Assembly (NCBI GenBank): GCA_040954595.2 | Contig: CM082579.2 | Coordinates: forward strand, 11,905,834 to 11,969,833 | Source of the DNA: Balanoglossus misakiensis | Taxonomy: Eukaryota > Animalia > Hemichordata | Length of the DNA: 64,000 bases | Reading direction: 5' to 3' | In this document: positions 22,901-34,172 of the stretch, piece after piece | Position numbering within the stretch: the stretch's first letter is position 1 | Layout of the letters: each line of letters begins with the position of its first letter | Program-made: the position numbers and the translations under genes | Notes under the pieces: generated by a model | What the model was told of the DNA's origin: nothing | The model's input: the letters and a program-made list of their open reading frames with translations, nothing else | Database searches by the model: none

Positions 22901-25350
22901 ATTGTTACTGTGAAGGAAGATGTCATCAAGATTGATCTGATACATGTACATCAGGATTGGGATAATATATAGAGGAATGTATAAATTTCTCGTAAGATGT
23001 GAAACCAAACATTTCAATTTCACTTAAGATATGAAGCAATATATTTTAATTTCTCTCAAGGTATGAAGCCAAAGTTATATGCAGCTGCAAGAGCCACAAG
23101 ACTCAATATGAAGATGAAGACAGCGAGAAATGGATCGGCGATAATGATTTCGTCTACCATGACGTCAAAGTAGACCCGCCCTACCAAGTTGTAAAGAAAG
23201 ATGATGAGGTACCAGAAATGGATCTCCGAGAAGAAATTGCTCAAGGCAGGAAGTACGACGGACCATATAAAGTCCAGTGTACAGAGATGTCTTGCATGAT
23301 GGACTTGGAACCCGTGAGAGTCTGGTTTGGTATGTAACGAATCACTTGCACTGGTTGCATTATAAAACTCTTGACCAAACCCAGGCATCACGATTTAATC
23401 ATGGCCGCAAAAAAAAAAAAAAACATTTTCAGAAAAGATTTTCACAAATGACTCATGACCCAATCTGTTATAAATGTAAATTAATCTGGAAAACATTATA
23501 CTTTATACATTGATCACGTTTTCTTCGAGTTGTGTCCATCTTAAAGAACCTGAGTAACGCAATCTTAAGAATCCTTGATAAAATCATTGGTTAATGTCAG
23601 CATATCGTATTATACTGTCGTCGGGATAACAGCAGGTCATTATGAGCTTAAAGGGGCAAAGTCTCTCTCTCGCTGCCCTTTCTTAATTAATTATGTTTAA
23701 TACAAGATACAGTTTATGTTATTCTACATGTGGATATATAGTGAATCAACGTTCCACCACACACAACTTCCACCCCATTAATAGGATATGAGGGTAAAAA
23801 TCTCGCCAAAATGAATAAACGGTTAACACCAATTATTCATTTTGGCGATTTTTTTCACTCTCTTTCAGTTGTGTGTGGTCAAACGTTGATTCACCATATA
23901 TCCGCATGCAGAATAACATAAACAGTGTCTTGTATCAAACTTAATCAATAGAAAAGGGGCAGCGAGAGAGAGACTTTGTCCCTTTAAGATGGGAAAATCA
24001 ATTTCAGCCCTTTCTGTCCAGGTGCGTCTCATTCTCTCAGGTTTGCAACTAAAGATTTCTTGGAAAGGATGCCGAAACTGGGTGTAAGTATTGAAAATCG
24101 GCCCTTACAATATCTTACTTTTTTAGTATTTAGAAATGATCCTCTAATACAACAGATACGACACACCAGCTGAAACATAGTCTTTATAATGATATCAATG
24201 AATGAATTTTCAGATTGTCTACACCTAAAGCAACAGTATACATGACCATCAATGAACAGTGCGTGTGTGTTATGTTTTTCCTAGGCTGTAAGGTAGTGTC
24301 GTTTGCGGGCGCTCCGTACAATCCGCAACCAGGTACAGAGCACCCATGCATAAACGTCTGTACCTTACAGTCTACACTGTGTATATGTTTTCCCCTTTAC
24401 AGGTGGTGGCATTTTCATGCGTGGTCATGGTCTTTGTGTGGCTGTTCGTTCTGGGCGTCCAGTCTGCCTTGTTCCAGTGCACGGCGTTTTTGTCCGTCAA
24501 AGGGATCGCGCTGCTCGTCCAGGGTGTCGTCATATTCCTCGTCCTCATTTCCGGCTTCTCATTGGCTACCTGGCTGTGCATAATTTACAGCAGGACCGAT
24601 GACGAGTATCGGAATGTGAGGGCACTGTTTCTTGTGGTGGCCTCATTGATGTTCATCTATATGCCTCTATTCATCAAAGAGGTACGTGCACAAGAACGAA
24701 CGATGATGTCTTCAACAGCCCAGGGGGCTTGTTTGCTTGAATAATAGAACATGATATGCACCAGATAAGTTGAAAACGTGCAAACACTGTCCCACTAAGT
24801 ATTCTACACATGTCCGATAGTTCGGGATTAGGCTTGTGACTAAATTTATAGGTCAGTAAGGTTAGTAAGTGTGCAGATAGAAAATAATGAATATTTGTTA
24901 CTTGTTTGTTCTAAGAATCAGTGTTGATTTCAAAAGTAGGCAGTAAATCTCACGAGGTTTTATCCCAGCTATAGGCACACTCTTTGTCTGAGCTGTCCTG
25001 TTTGGGATTAAACGTGGGCCTTTGATTTACGTAGTGCGAAACAACGAAAACGAATATAACACTGGCGGCAAATTAGGACTTGTTTTACACAACCTTGGGG
25101 CGGTTCCGCTAGCGGTGCCCAAGTGTTTGCCACAGCTAGCTATCTGGCTATCAAAAAGATGTATGGGTTCGTGGACAGTTCGCCGAAAGGTGGTGGTCGT
25201 GCGTGAATACAATACGCTTCATAAATTGACAACGCACTGGCATGACTGTATTTAAAATACATTTATTCTTTCTTGTAGATTGCAAAGATGGCTGATGAGT
25301 GTCCCGATTCGGAACCAGTTGATGCTGTTGGAAACCAAACTGTCACGTAG
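4970..25350 (+). CDS. Roco-family protein: N-terminal death fold (PYD/DED-like), Roc GTPase, COR, ~3 TM helices; 998 aa model
   Basis: Phase-compatible GT-AG exons 4970-5231, 17487-17723, 17859-18229, 19113-19245, 19789-19931, 20459-21627, 23061-23329, 24022-24083, 24403-24681, 25279-25350 (2997 nt, open to TAG). Roc motifs GQYGVGKTS, DST, WDFAGQSVYYTTHQ, FWLNSI, LVATKKD; COR motifs VPVQWLRLE, YIVPSLL, FLPEGFYYRLVVRC; hydrophobic exon 24403-24681. Confidence 0.82.
5645..6008 (-). repeat. 3' split direct repeats B2, spacer, A2, B1 of the YR retrotransposon
   Basis: 68-bp B copies at 5645-5712 and 5941-6008 are near-identical; 110-bp A2 at 5831-5940 matches 16738-16847. Confidence 0.92.
6301..7635 (-). 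CDS. Tyrosine recombinase of the YR retrotransposon (uninterrupted 444-aa ORF)
   Basis: Catalytic motifs TGSRAEDL (R), HGFR (HxxR), HVGW...YY; N-terminal CxxC...CxxC (CKEC...CQQC). Confidence 0.9.
   Translation of the reverse strand: MLMVGTPRLWLPAEQCKECHYPNDVNFNFCQQCGTRRIADVCEAERPQPSPVDIEALDTRIAELQGKLQATPYTQRKSKLQSEFEVVLGSIEPPKTITSATPKDVLRFLVWKDKSGRTVVHDGPCSRSDPCLCPNRLAFKTVDSYIGQLRSIFQKEGRSGEWNARFGFGNPAADKTVKQYLRIVTEEQMKQNLIPKQAIPKTTETVENIVKYINSQLERFPNIDPCHAYILARDRALFLTLLFTGSRAEDLLIVNTDNIINLPNGGLLINHVWGKTLRDGKTRPCAIFTNENTLICPVTALTEYVEMTQSLSISLNPGFLFRSTTRDGKIENSSLSTNAANSRLRFYCGKIGMYQGETVHGFRSACAIALAMLGSSVPVIMQHVGWSQESTASYYMQMSKVMLPFSPAVRLQQEAVADVHGVYKTCNELKGASVAFPSTEHTFQ
7958..10989 (-). pseudogene. 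Degraded pol of the YR element: RT, RNase H, adenine-methyltransferase-like domain; frameshifted and split by a MITE
   Basis: LRFRDPEYF (10394 ORF); KPRLCHDQRYLN, DDKSGYDH, LPFGWKCSP, YIDD (RT); SDASLGGWG, VDNK, DNPADGPSR (RNase H); DLMALDSN...CYAFPPF (MT-like). Confidence 0.88.
9719..10565. mobile_element. PIF/Harbinger-type MITE inserted in the RT region
   Basis: TTA duplication at 9716-9718 and 10566-10568; ~45-bp TIRs GGGCCTGGTCAGAATTAACAGGGG...; excision restores ...NCHGYKDFISYTILDRIKSGA...; internal (CCCTAA)4 at 10025-10048. Confidence 0.88.
11131..15162. mobile_element. Foldback-like element with ~1.17-kb inverted arms built from ~170-bp AT-rich subrepeats
   Basis: 11131-~12295 is the near-perfect reverse complement of ~13995-15162 (the same spurious ORFs occur on opposite strands); CTATGT-type anchors at 11187, 11356, 11524, 11697, 11864, 12035, 12201, 12361; no transposase; TSD unclear. 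Confidence 0.88.
15401..16612 (-). CDS. gag-like ORF of the YR element, two exons (16612-16484, 15901-15401)
   Basis: CCHC knuckle CWRCHRAGHIARNC. The main ORF has no ATG at its 5' end and opens after acceptor TTTTCACAG at 15902; an upstream Ser/Thr-rich 43-codon exon ends GCG|GTAAGT in phase 0. Confidence 0.7.
16738..16847 (-). promoter_or_regulatory. 5' repeat A1 of the YR element with promoter-like motifs
   Basis: - strand reads ATTGG (CCAAT box), ATGAATATGCAT, then TATATAAG, upstream of the gag leader exon. Confidence 0.55.
17034..17270. repeat. Cluster of short palindromes, probably ends of Helitron/Helentron-type non-autonomous elements
   Basis: TAGGGCCCAAGCGCTTGGGCCCTA; TAGGGCACAAGCC-TGCTT-GGCTTGTGCCCTA; AAAAATTCCAACAATACCAATAGG-TGCC-CCTATTGGTATTGTTGGAATTTTT; 17091-17120 is a near reverse complement of 22188-22217. 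Confidence 0.5.
18250..18776 (+). mobile_element. Helentron-associated (DINE/HINE-like) non-autonomous element
   Basis: 5' hairpin GGTCCCAT...ATGGGACC, then (GTAT)n/(GGAT)n microsatellite, and ATGGGACC repeated near the 3' end; T-runs on both flanks. Confidence 0.5.
21659..21799. mobile_element. TTAA-flanked MITE, copy 2 (inverted relative to 2672-2821)
   Basis: TTAA|AGGTACAC...GTATACCT|TTAA; shares CATATGGTGGCGCTCTTTTTTT and CCATGGTAACTGTAGCT with copy 1. Confidence 0.75.
22188..22452. repeat. Repeat-element fragment with two ~130-bp tandem units, each containing a CTCF-like motif
   Basis: AATTGTGCACTT...TAAAAGCATGAAACTT...CAGCGCCCTCTAGT(G/A)GCCAGAAAC occurs twice. Confidence 0.7.
23652..23983. 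mobile_element. TTAA-flanked, almost fully palindromic MITE
   Basis: TTAA at 23648-23651 and 23984-23987; arms AGGGGCAAAGTCTCTCTCTCGCTGCCC... / ...GGGGCAGCGAGAGAGAGACTTTGTCCCT pair over more than 100 bp. Confidence 0.85.
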
Positions 25351-25454
25351 GATGTGTCCGTAGCCATGGCTACACATATTGGGCGACGTCCTACGTGGCT
25401 TTTATACTTTTGACATGTCTGCTGTATACGTATGGAGGAGGGTAGAATACAATA

Positions 25455-26312
25455 TGTATGAAGATTATTAGATTCTCTTCTAAGTTTGGCGATAGGGACC
25501 GACCACGAGAGTGTGATGTACAAGTCAGGGATATCAGCGTCCATTCATCACCTTCAGTGATTGACCTCGGTGTCACATTTGATGTTTCGATGACCATGAC
25601 ATCACATATTTCCACTTTGTGTAAATCAGCGTCTTTTGCTTTGTGGAGGATTAGTAAAATCCGGAATTGTCTAGACCAAGAAACAACTGAAAAACTTGTT
25701 CATGCTTTTGTAACTTCTAGGTTAGACTATTGTAACAGCCTTCTTTATGGTCTGCCAAATTATCAAATCAATAAGTTACAGTCTATTCAGAATGCTGCTG
25801 CACGTTTAGTCACTAAAAGCAGGAAAACGGAACATATTACACCACTACTTAAGAGATTGCACTGGCTTCCTATATGCAGAAATGGATTGATTTTAAAATT
25901 CTTTGTTTAACCTACAAAGTTTTAAATAATATGGCTCCGTCATACCTAAAGGAGCTCATAAGTGTTCGTTCTTCTGTCCGTAACCTTCGTTCTACAACTG
26001 ATTGTTCTTTTATTCTTGATCATCCCAAAGTTGACACAGTCTTTTTGGTGACAGGCCATTTTCTACAGGAGCACCTGGGTTGTGAAATAAGCTACCAGTT
26101 CCACTGCGTAGCAGTGAGAATTTTAATGTTTTTTTAAATCAAACCTTAAAACGTTTTTATTCAGGGAATGACTTTTTATCCAATTTTTAACCATTGTCTA
26201 TTTTATTATACATTTTTAGCATTTTACTTGTCTTTGTATTATTAAGCAGCGATGTACAGCGTTTGGGATGTCTTTATAAAGCAGTTTTTTTCAGAATTAA
26301 ATATTGTTATTA
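25455..26312 (+). mobile_element. 5'-truncated L2/CR1-group LINE (RT C-terminus and 3' UTR), frameshifted
   Basis: DLGVTFD...HAFVTSRLDYCNSLLYGLP...QNAAARLV...LHWLP, then IDFKILCLTYK...APSYLKEL; short AT-rich tail. Confidence 0.88.
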
Positions 26313-26339
26313 AGTGTGCGATTGTAGTGTTGTACTTAA

Positions 26340-26627
26340 AGCGCGTAGCTCATCTCACGCGCATGCGAGTAACTTCCCAGCAAATTTTCCGTTCGATGCA
26401 TTCAAATAGTGGACTGCCTTCGCTTCCTTCCATATTTCATGTGCACCGTATAAGTAGATTCTGGTTTGTTCCCCTTTTCACCGAAGCTAGTGTCTTTTCC
26501 TGATCTCCGACACAGATTATGGTCGCCACCATCTTGTGTGAGCACTGCCTTATGGGATTAACTGTTCACTAAACGTCTGTAACCAGCGGCTACAGTTGGA
26601 ACATGCGTGTGAGACGAGCTACGCATG
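26340..26627. mobile_element. TTAA-flanked MITE
   Basis: TIRs GCGTAGCTCATCTCACGCGCATG / CATGCGTGTGAGACGAGCTACGC, with TTAA at 26336-26339 and 26628-26631. Confidence 0.6.
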
Positions 26628-27204
26628 TTAATATGTGTTGGGGCGTTGCATAGATTGGAATGGTGTGTGTGTCTCTCTCTCTCTCCCTTCTCTCTCTGTG
26701 TGTAGACAGACCTTTGGTAGTTTTAGCTGAATTGAAGTTTATTATTGTGACTTGCAATGCATGCACTGCCTTGCCGAGTCATCATTCGAATGTTCAAATA
26801 AAATACAGATAATTGAAGGTAAAAAAGAAACATAAAATAAAACGATTGAGTGGGCATGTGGTAAAAAGCACGATTATAATCACTATTATAATCGCATTTA
26901 TAGACATGCTTCTTAGTGATCAAGTTTTACAGTTTTCTATTACCCGACAGGGATGTTTACAGCACTTTTAGTCTCCGGGGGAGACACTTCATGGAAGAGC
27001 AACTTCAATTTTCCCGCCTTGACAATATTTGCATTTTCCTATAGGGGGGAGTCATTACTAGGAACAGCCTTTTCAATTTTACAGCCTTGACTTCAAGACA
27101 ACGAGCTGGTTCATCTCGAATTTTCACTCCCACCGCCTCCCCATCTACCTCCCCTACCTAGGTCGTGTGGGACGGAGGTATTGCTTAGTTAAAGTATATC
27201 TGTA

Positions 27205-28314
27205 TGTAACCCATTTCTTGCCTGACAATGGTTTAACAAGTACGTAGCTACAGCAAAAGATATCTCTCTCTTTCTGTTGGGCATCGGTCTGAGGTTTGGC
27301 TGCTGACATGGGTACACAGATACAGCATCAGCGTTCTTACGGACAGGGGGATTGAAACAGACACACCACACACTGATTTCTTTCTCTGAAAACACTATAA
27401 TATCTCTCTGAAACACATTCAAAGCACAACAAGGAAACTCTAGAAAAAATGCACACTATATATGGAAATAAAGTGTTCAATTTCTCTACTGTCTCTGTCA
27501 ATAATATACTCAGCTGCACTGTTCGCTGTGTAGACAACAGTTCTGCAATCCAACGACGATCGACGAAATCTTCTCAAACTACACGAAGGTCAAGTTCGGA
27601 AAATAAGCAACAAATCGGCGAAACCCTCAGAAACGTCGAGTTCTGTACATCAGCAACAAAACGGCGAAACCCTCAGAAATGGCGGCAGCCATCTTGGAAA
27701 GTTCTGGAATCCACTCGGGCGATGTTCGGATCACATCGAGCGAGATCGGAAAGCACGTACAACTCCCCTAGCTAGTTCAACTGGAAAGTTCTCGATCAAA
27801 TTCAGAAAAAATCGAAAGTTCTCAAAAATGTATCTCGCTCTTGTCCTCTGGAACTGGTGAATAGTCGAACCGTTCCAGGGACACTCACAGCTCGGTACGT
27901 CGACTCTGGCCAAAATCTACGCCAGATTGACTCAGCAAACTCTCTCGAACTTCGGATAAAAAAACTCTACATCAAGTACACTGTCAGCCATCACGCCGTA
28001 GACCCTTGACAGTGCGTAGTAAAATATGCCAAGCTCGCTAAAAATAATAGCGCACATCATGTGAGCTTGCAACTACACCATCAAATTATGGAAAATACTT
28101 CAGTCTACAGAAAAGTAATATTGGTTCGTCATCAAATCATCGTACAGACATACACAGTCAAATACAACATAGAACTACTTTCTCATCGTCACATGATGCC
28201 CAATGCTCAAAAGTGATATATATATGTGAATAATACAGGGATGCGGCTCTGATCATGGCAATGGCTATAGCGCCAAACAGTGACTAAATACCACGAGGAT
28301 GTAAAGCCTCTACA
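27205..28314 (-). repeat. 3' LTR of the Gypsy element
   Basis: Direct repeat of 34173-35301 with many substitutions and indels; short purine tract GGGAGAA adjacent on the - strand. Confidence 0.93.
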
Positions 28315-28784
28315 TTCTCCCATGGTCACAAAAAGGTCGTCCCGACCGTAAAATTCAAAAGGCAATCATGAATTACAGGACATAAACTTCTGTATCAAAC
28401 TATACTTCTATATCAAACGATATCTCTATATCAAATGATATCTGTATATCAAACGATCCTCTGCACATGCTACACCTTCACTATGGTTACACAACTCATA
28501 GTTCCAGTTCACATGTTCACAAATCGACTCAACACATATCTCTACAATGACTTTATAGTACAAAAGTATGGGGTATAAATATGTTCTCACAAAGTTTCCC
28601 ACGATACTTTGGGTGAAAAGCACAGAGAACGACTCACATATACAAGTGGACAAAACACTCATGAAAAGTCATCAAATCTTTCTTCAGAGAAGGCATAAAG
28701 ATTTATGAAAAACTATCCCAAAGCAGTACCTCCTCGACATCGGATCAGCCTGGCCATGTGCAAATAATGCCTCAACACAGTGCT

Positions 28785-31700
28785 TCACGTCAACCATGGG
28801 CCCGTACCACTGGATAGTTTCGAGTGCATGTCATTCTTCGCATGGATCAAAACATCGATTCTCTCAGCTCGTTCCCGGTCTGCATCCGGCAGCAAATCTT
28901 CGGAACTGGTACACCTACTGAAATCTGCGTCTATTCCAGATTCTGTAGCATCTGTTTTCTCCGGACCGCTGCTCGTCAATCGCTCCCTGCTCAAGAGGAC
29001 CATAACCTTTGACAAGAGTTCTCTCAGCGATTCTTCATCGAGATCTGTTCTACCATCTCTTCCTGTACATATATGAGAAAGGTTCAGCTTCTCAGGTGGT
29101 CTTCGAACTCAATGGGACCTTCTGGGTAGCGTCCTATCCACCTAGATTCCACCTGCTCCAATTCTTCTGGTAATGACTGCTCTGTCGGGACAAACACTGG
29201 TGCATCTGGAGACAATACACCTGGAGATGTCTGTGGTCCACCAGAAATTTCATTTTCAGTCTCGTACACAATGCTCGTCTCATCCTCAGTCGGCGACAAC
29301 TGCATCTCCGGACGCTCAAAATACACTCTTCTACCATTTGGAGATTTCTGAGGAGTGTTCACCTTCAGCAATGGAGAAGTTGCAACGCTCTTTCTTGGAC
29401 TATCCGCCAGCGTATCAGTTTGACTGACAGGTGTACCAAACTGTTTGACTCCACCAATCTCCTGGGGAACTTGTATCTTCCATATTCCATCAGTCTCTTC
29501 CTCTGAGTCATCGTCAGACTGATCTTTCTGTTTCTCTATCTTCGCTTGACTACGAGTTCTGGGTCCATCCATCTCTCCTTTGATCTTTTCTTCTTTGCAT
29601 GCTTTCATGGGTCTCTCTGGATACTGTATAGGCAGAGTCCTGCATGGTAAAAGCAGGTTCCTATGCAAAGTTATCTCTTTTCCATCAGGTCCTTCAGATT
29701 TCACGGTGTAGACCGGCACATCAGGGCTGATTCTTCGGATCACTCGGTAACTCTGGCGTTCCCATCTGTCGGCGATTTTGTGTTTCCCTCTGATGCTAAC
29801 ATTCTTCACAAGAACTATGTCTTCTGGCTCCAACATAGCTTCTTGGGTCTTCTTGTCATATCTCTTCTTGTTCTGGGCAGAACTCGCTCTGGACTTGCTT
29901 GCAGCCAGCTTGTAGGCGTCGGCTAGTCGATCTCTCATCTCACTGACATAACTACCATATCCACTTCCCTCCAATCTGACTGTAAACCCATGTATATATC
30001 GATAGGAAGTTTTGGATGTCTTCCATACATAAGATAGTACGGCGAGAAACCAGTGGCATCGTTCTGTGTACAGTTGTACGCGTGGACGAGCGGCTCAATG
30101 TATTTCTTCCAGTTTGACTTCTTATTTTGCGACAGCATCCCCAACATATCAAGTAACGTTCTATTGAAACTTCCACACTGTCCGTTGCCCTGGGGATGGT
30201 ACGGAGTAGTGCGGGTCTTCTCTATCCCAGTGATCTCGCAGAGCTGACGTATCACCTGAGATTCAAAATCTCGTCTCTGGTCCGAGTGTAGTTTGTTGGG
30301 AAAACCATAATGAACTAGGAAGTGTCTGTACAGATGATCAGCTGTAGGCTTGGCCTTCTGATTTGCTGTCGGGATCGCCACGGCATAACGGGTAAAATGA
30401 TCCGTCATGACCAAAATATTCCCTACTCCTCCCTTTCCGTCCTCAACAGTAAGGTAGTTCATACAGACTAGTTCCAGGGGTTGAGTAGTCTGGATACTAA
30501 CCATCGGAGCTGTTGCCTGCTGATTGCGCTGTAGTTTTCTTCTTGTACATCGTTCACATGTCTTGATCTTCTGATCTACGTCTCTATTCATGAATGGCCA
30601 GTAGAATCGGGCTCTTAACAATTCCAATGTTCGTTCCTGTCCTAGATGGCCTACATCATCGTGAACTCCCTCTAGTGCTGTACCACGATAATGAGCTGGT
30701 AAGACTAGCTGATATTGCGGCTTTCCTTCGGGACTCTGTCTCTTTCGGTACAATACTCCCTCTCGAAAACAGTATCGGTTCCATTCTCTCAATACAGCAA
30801 CAAGGGAACTCGTCTCCTTCTCCTTCTCTTCCTTTGTTGGAGAGTGTCCTCTGCTCAAATACCAACGCAGTCTTCCTATCATCTGATCTTCCTCTTGTAG
30901 TTTCTTCCACTGATCCATAGTGATAGCCGGTAACGACGCTACACCGGGAACAGATAGGGGTTCATCCAGACTCTTGGGAACTGAGTCCTCCGTACAGGTT
31001 ATCACCTCCACCCAAGCATGGTTCGATACCTGAGGGGTCTGACACATCACATGAACTACTTCTTCTGACAGTATCCAGCAAAGCCTAGGAATCTTTTGAC
31101 TTCTCTAGCAGAGGTGGGTACCTTCCATTCTTTCAGGGCGCGAACTTTGTCAGGATCAGTCTCAATGCCATTCTCGGATACGATGTGGCCCAAGTATTTG
31201 ACTCTGGATCTAAGCAGCTGGCATTTACTTGGTTTGAGTTTTAAGCCTTTCTCTCTGAGTCAGTCCAGAACTAGTGACAAACGCTCCAGATGCTCATCAA
31301 ATGTTTTGGAAAAGATGATGATTTCGTCGAGATATACGAGGCAAACGTTCAAGTGAAGATCTCTTTGACATTTCTCCATGCATCTCTGAAATATGGCAGG
31401 GCTCCCTGTCAAACCCATGGGCATGGTAGTGCACTCCCAAAATCCCATTGGTGTCACAAAAGCTGTCTTCTCGATATCCTCTTCGGACATTCCGATCTGC
31501 CAGTACCCCGACTTTAGGTCCAAAGAGGAAAACCACCTTGCTCCTCCAAGGGCTTCTAGGCTCTCATCGATTATCGGCAATGCGTAGGAGTCACGAATCG
31601 TATGAGAATTCAGCTTACGATAATCGATACACAGTCGGGTCTGACCATCCTTCTTGCGGACCAATACAATGGGCGCCGCCCAAGGACTGTGAGATTCTCG

Positions 31701-33864
31701 AATTACTCCGCTTTCTTGCATTCCTCTCGAAACCTGCCGCACCTCCTCATACATGGCGGGTGGGATTCTTCTATGTCTCTCTCTGATCCGCTGGTCATCG
31801 GACAAGCGAATCTTGTGTTTCTCGACGGAACAATATCCTAAGTCGTTTTCGTGTTTGGAAAAGACTTCTTCTTTCTGCTGTAGAAGATCAGACACTTTCT
31901 TCAGTTGCATCTCATCTATCGGGGATTCGGACACGTCGAATTCTATTCCACTCTGCAGGACTATCTTTCTCGAACTCGGTACAGACTTCGCAGATGACGC
32001 TGGTTTGGCTTCGGTCTCACTGGCGTCTTCCATAACAGTAGTGTCTTCTGTACTCTGTATGGGTAATGCAGACAGGTACTCATCGTAGAAACTCTTGTTG
32101 ATAGTGGAAACCTGGGATCCAGTATCTATGAGACAGGAAGTTTCTGTTCCCTCGACGAAGATTTTTCCTTCCATAGCACCACCAATCAAGCAAGCTCTCT
32201 GGGGTTGTACTTGAATGGGTTTTCTTCCTAACTGACCTCGGTATAGTTTGCACATATTGATACGAGGTAATCCTGACGAACTGTGGTGGTTGGCTTTCTC
32301 ACAGCGTTTCGCGATGTGTCCTCGCTCTCCACATTCGAAACATGATCTGCTATCTTCTTTCTTAGGCTCATTACAATGCTTCGCCATATGTCCTTCCTTC
32401 CCACAGTAGTAGCACTGAAATGGTTTGGAAGAACTGGTATCTTTCTGGGTCGGTGATGGACCTGTCTCTGGGGTTCGGTTCAATCCACCTCTTTGGAGTT
32501 CAAGTTTTTCAACTCGTTCAGCGGTGCGTCTCACTTCAGTTTCCAGACTCTTCATACTAGCTGCTTTGGACTTCACTGTTTCTGCTAACCCTTGGATTCC
32601 TTCAACTGTCAAGATTATCATCTTCATGGCCTCACTCTCCATATTCTTCCCACCGGAGTTACCACTGTCGTCGGCTGAAGTAACTTGTTGAGTTCTCCCT
32701 ATGAATTGCCGTTTGGGTTTCTCATCTCCAGTATGCTTTTTGCCTTCTTGTTCTACATTTCTCGCCAACTGCAGCAGCTCCTCAAAAGTGGTGTCTTTTC
32801 GGACTGCTGAACAAAGTACATCGAACACTCTGGCTGACTTCAGTCCTCGCCAGAAGACAGTTTTGAGAGTTTCATCTATGGCATCGGGACCAATACCACC
32901 TCTTCTGCAGATTTTGTGGATCTCAGCCTCAAGTCTGTTTCCATATTGTGAAACTGTTTCGCTCTCTTTCTGTTTACTGTTGTTGTAGAATTTCTCCAAT
33001 AACAGCGCTCCTGTTTCGACTTCCCCGAAACTGATTTCGAGTTTATCCAAAACTTGGTCCAACGTAACATCACTGCCCATATTCATGACAAGTCGGCCAG
33101 CAGACCCGCGCAGCGATTTCCTGACGGTTTGTACTAAAACTTTCAGGTTGTGAGTGGGATCTTGCCGCAGAGTCGACTTCGTATTTCCAGAGCTCAAAAT
33201 CTACATCCATTTTTCTATCAGGATCGCCCGAGAAAGTGGATAATCGGGGCGGCTGATAAAACGCTACTGGCACAGCACCAGCATGTGGAAAACGCGCGGC
33301 ACCATGGGGAGTCGTAACAATTGCATCGCTTGCTTGCGCTGCCATCGCTCCAGGGGGTGAAGAAACAGTAGGTGTCACACCCTGAGTCATACTGCTCGCG
33401 CCATCACCTGACTTTTCGGTAAGGCCAGATAATGTAGGTGTAGATGGCACAGGTGCTGGCGTATGTGGACCACCAACAGCCATACCAGCTGTGTCGCTAT
33501 CAGACAAAGCCAGCCGTCGACGAATAGCTGATTCGTCTGCGTCTAACTTTTCGCGCTTGATCATCAACTCTTTCAACTTTTCAATCTCTGATTCTTTCTG
33601 ATGCAATGATTTCTCAAGATCATCTAACGTACTAGTCAATCGCTGCTCTCGCGCTATACCCCCAGGGGAGTATCGAACAAAACCCCGACCCCTGCCAGTT
33701 TTGACAGTAGTGGCTGTATCAGAAAAACCCTTCCTCGGGGGTGGCACAGTGCCAGTAGGAGTGGACACCTCCCCTTTAATGTTAGGAATGGACACCTCCC
33801 CTCTAATACTAGGAATGGGCACTTCCCCTCTAACGATAGGCTGAAATATGTCACTTCCGGCCAT
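28785..33864 (-). pseudogene. Gypsy gag-pol with frameshifts and internal deletions (RNase H missing)
   Basis: PNMA-like gag (RLSTFSGD...FELWKYEV), two CCHC knuckles, protease LIDTGSQVS, RT (CIDYRKLN, LDLKSGYWQ, VYLDE), junction near 31070 after FLGFAGY, integrase HHCC and TTPYHPQGNG. Confidence 0.93.
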
Positions 33865-34142
33865 ACTACAGTATTTCTATGCAACAAATTGTACAGGAAA
33901 ATTTCAACGTGTTGCACTCGTCAACTCACTCACTCTAACAAGGACACACAATCCTTATTGAACGACGGACACACATATATGACTCACCTGAGTGTCTGTA
34001 AGTCGCCTGTTTAAAGTGAGCAAAATCTGCTACTAATAACTATACTATATTCAAAAATCAGTGTCTGTCTCAATATATATCCCTGTCAAACGCTGTATAT
34101 CTGTCTCTAGTACGTCAACACACTAACGAACTACCAAACCCT

Positions 34143-34167
34143 CAAGCCCCACTTGTGCTGGGCGCCA
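34143..34167 (-). other. Primer-binding site, tRNA-Lys-like
   Basis: TGGCGCCCAGCACAAGTGGGGCTTGA starts 5 nt inside the 5' LTR; resembles the tRNA-Lys complement TGGCGCCCAACGTGGGGC. Confidence 0.65.
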
Positions 34168-34172
34168 TCTGA

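Noticed and set aside
23056-23391. 111-aa hydrophobic ORF on the - strand
   Set aside because: Antisense shadow of Roco exon 23061-23329.
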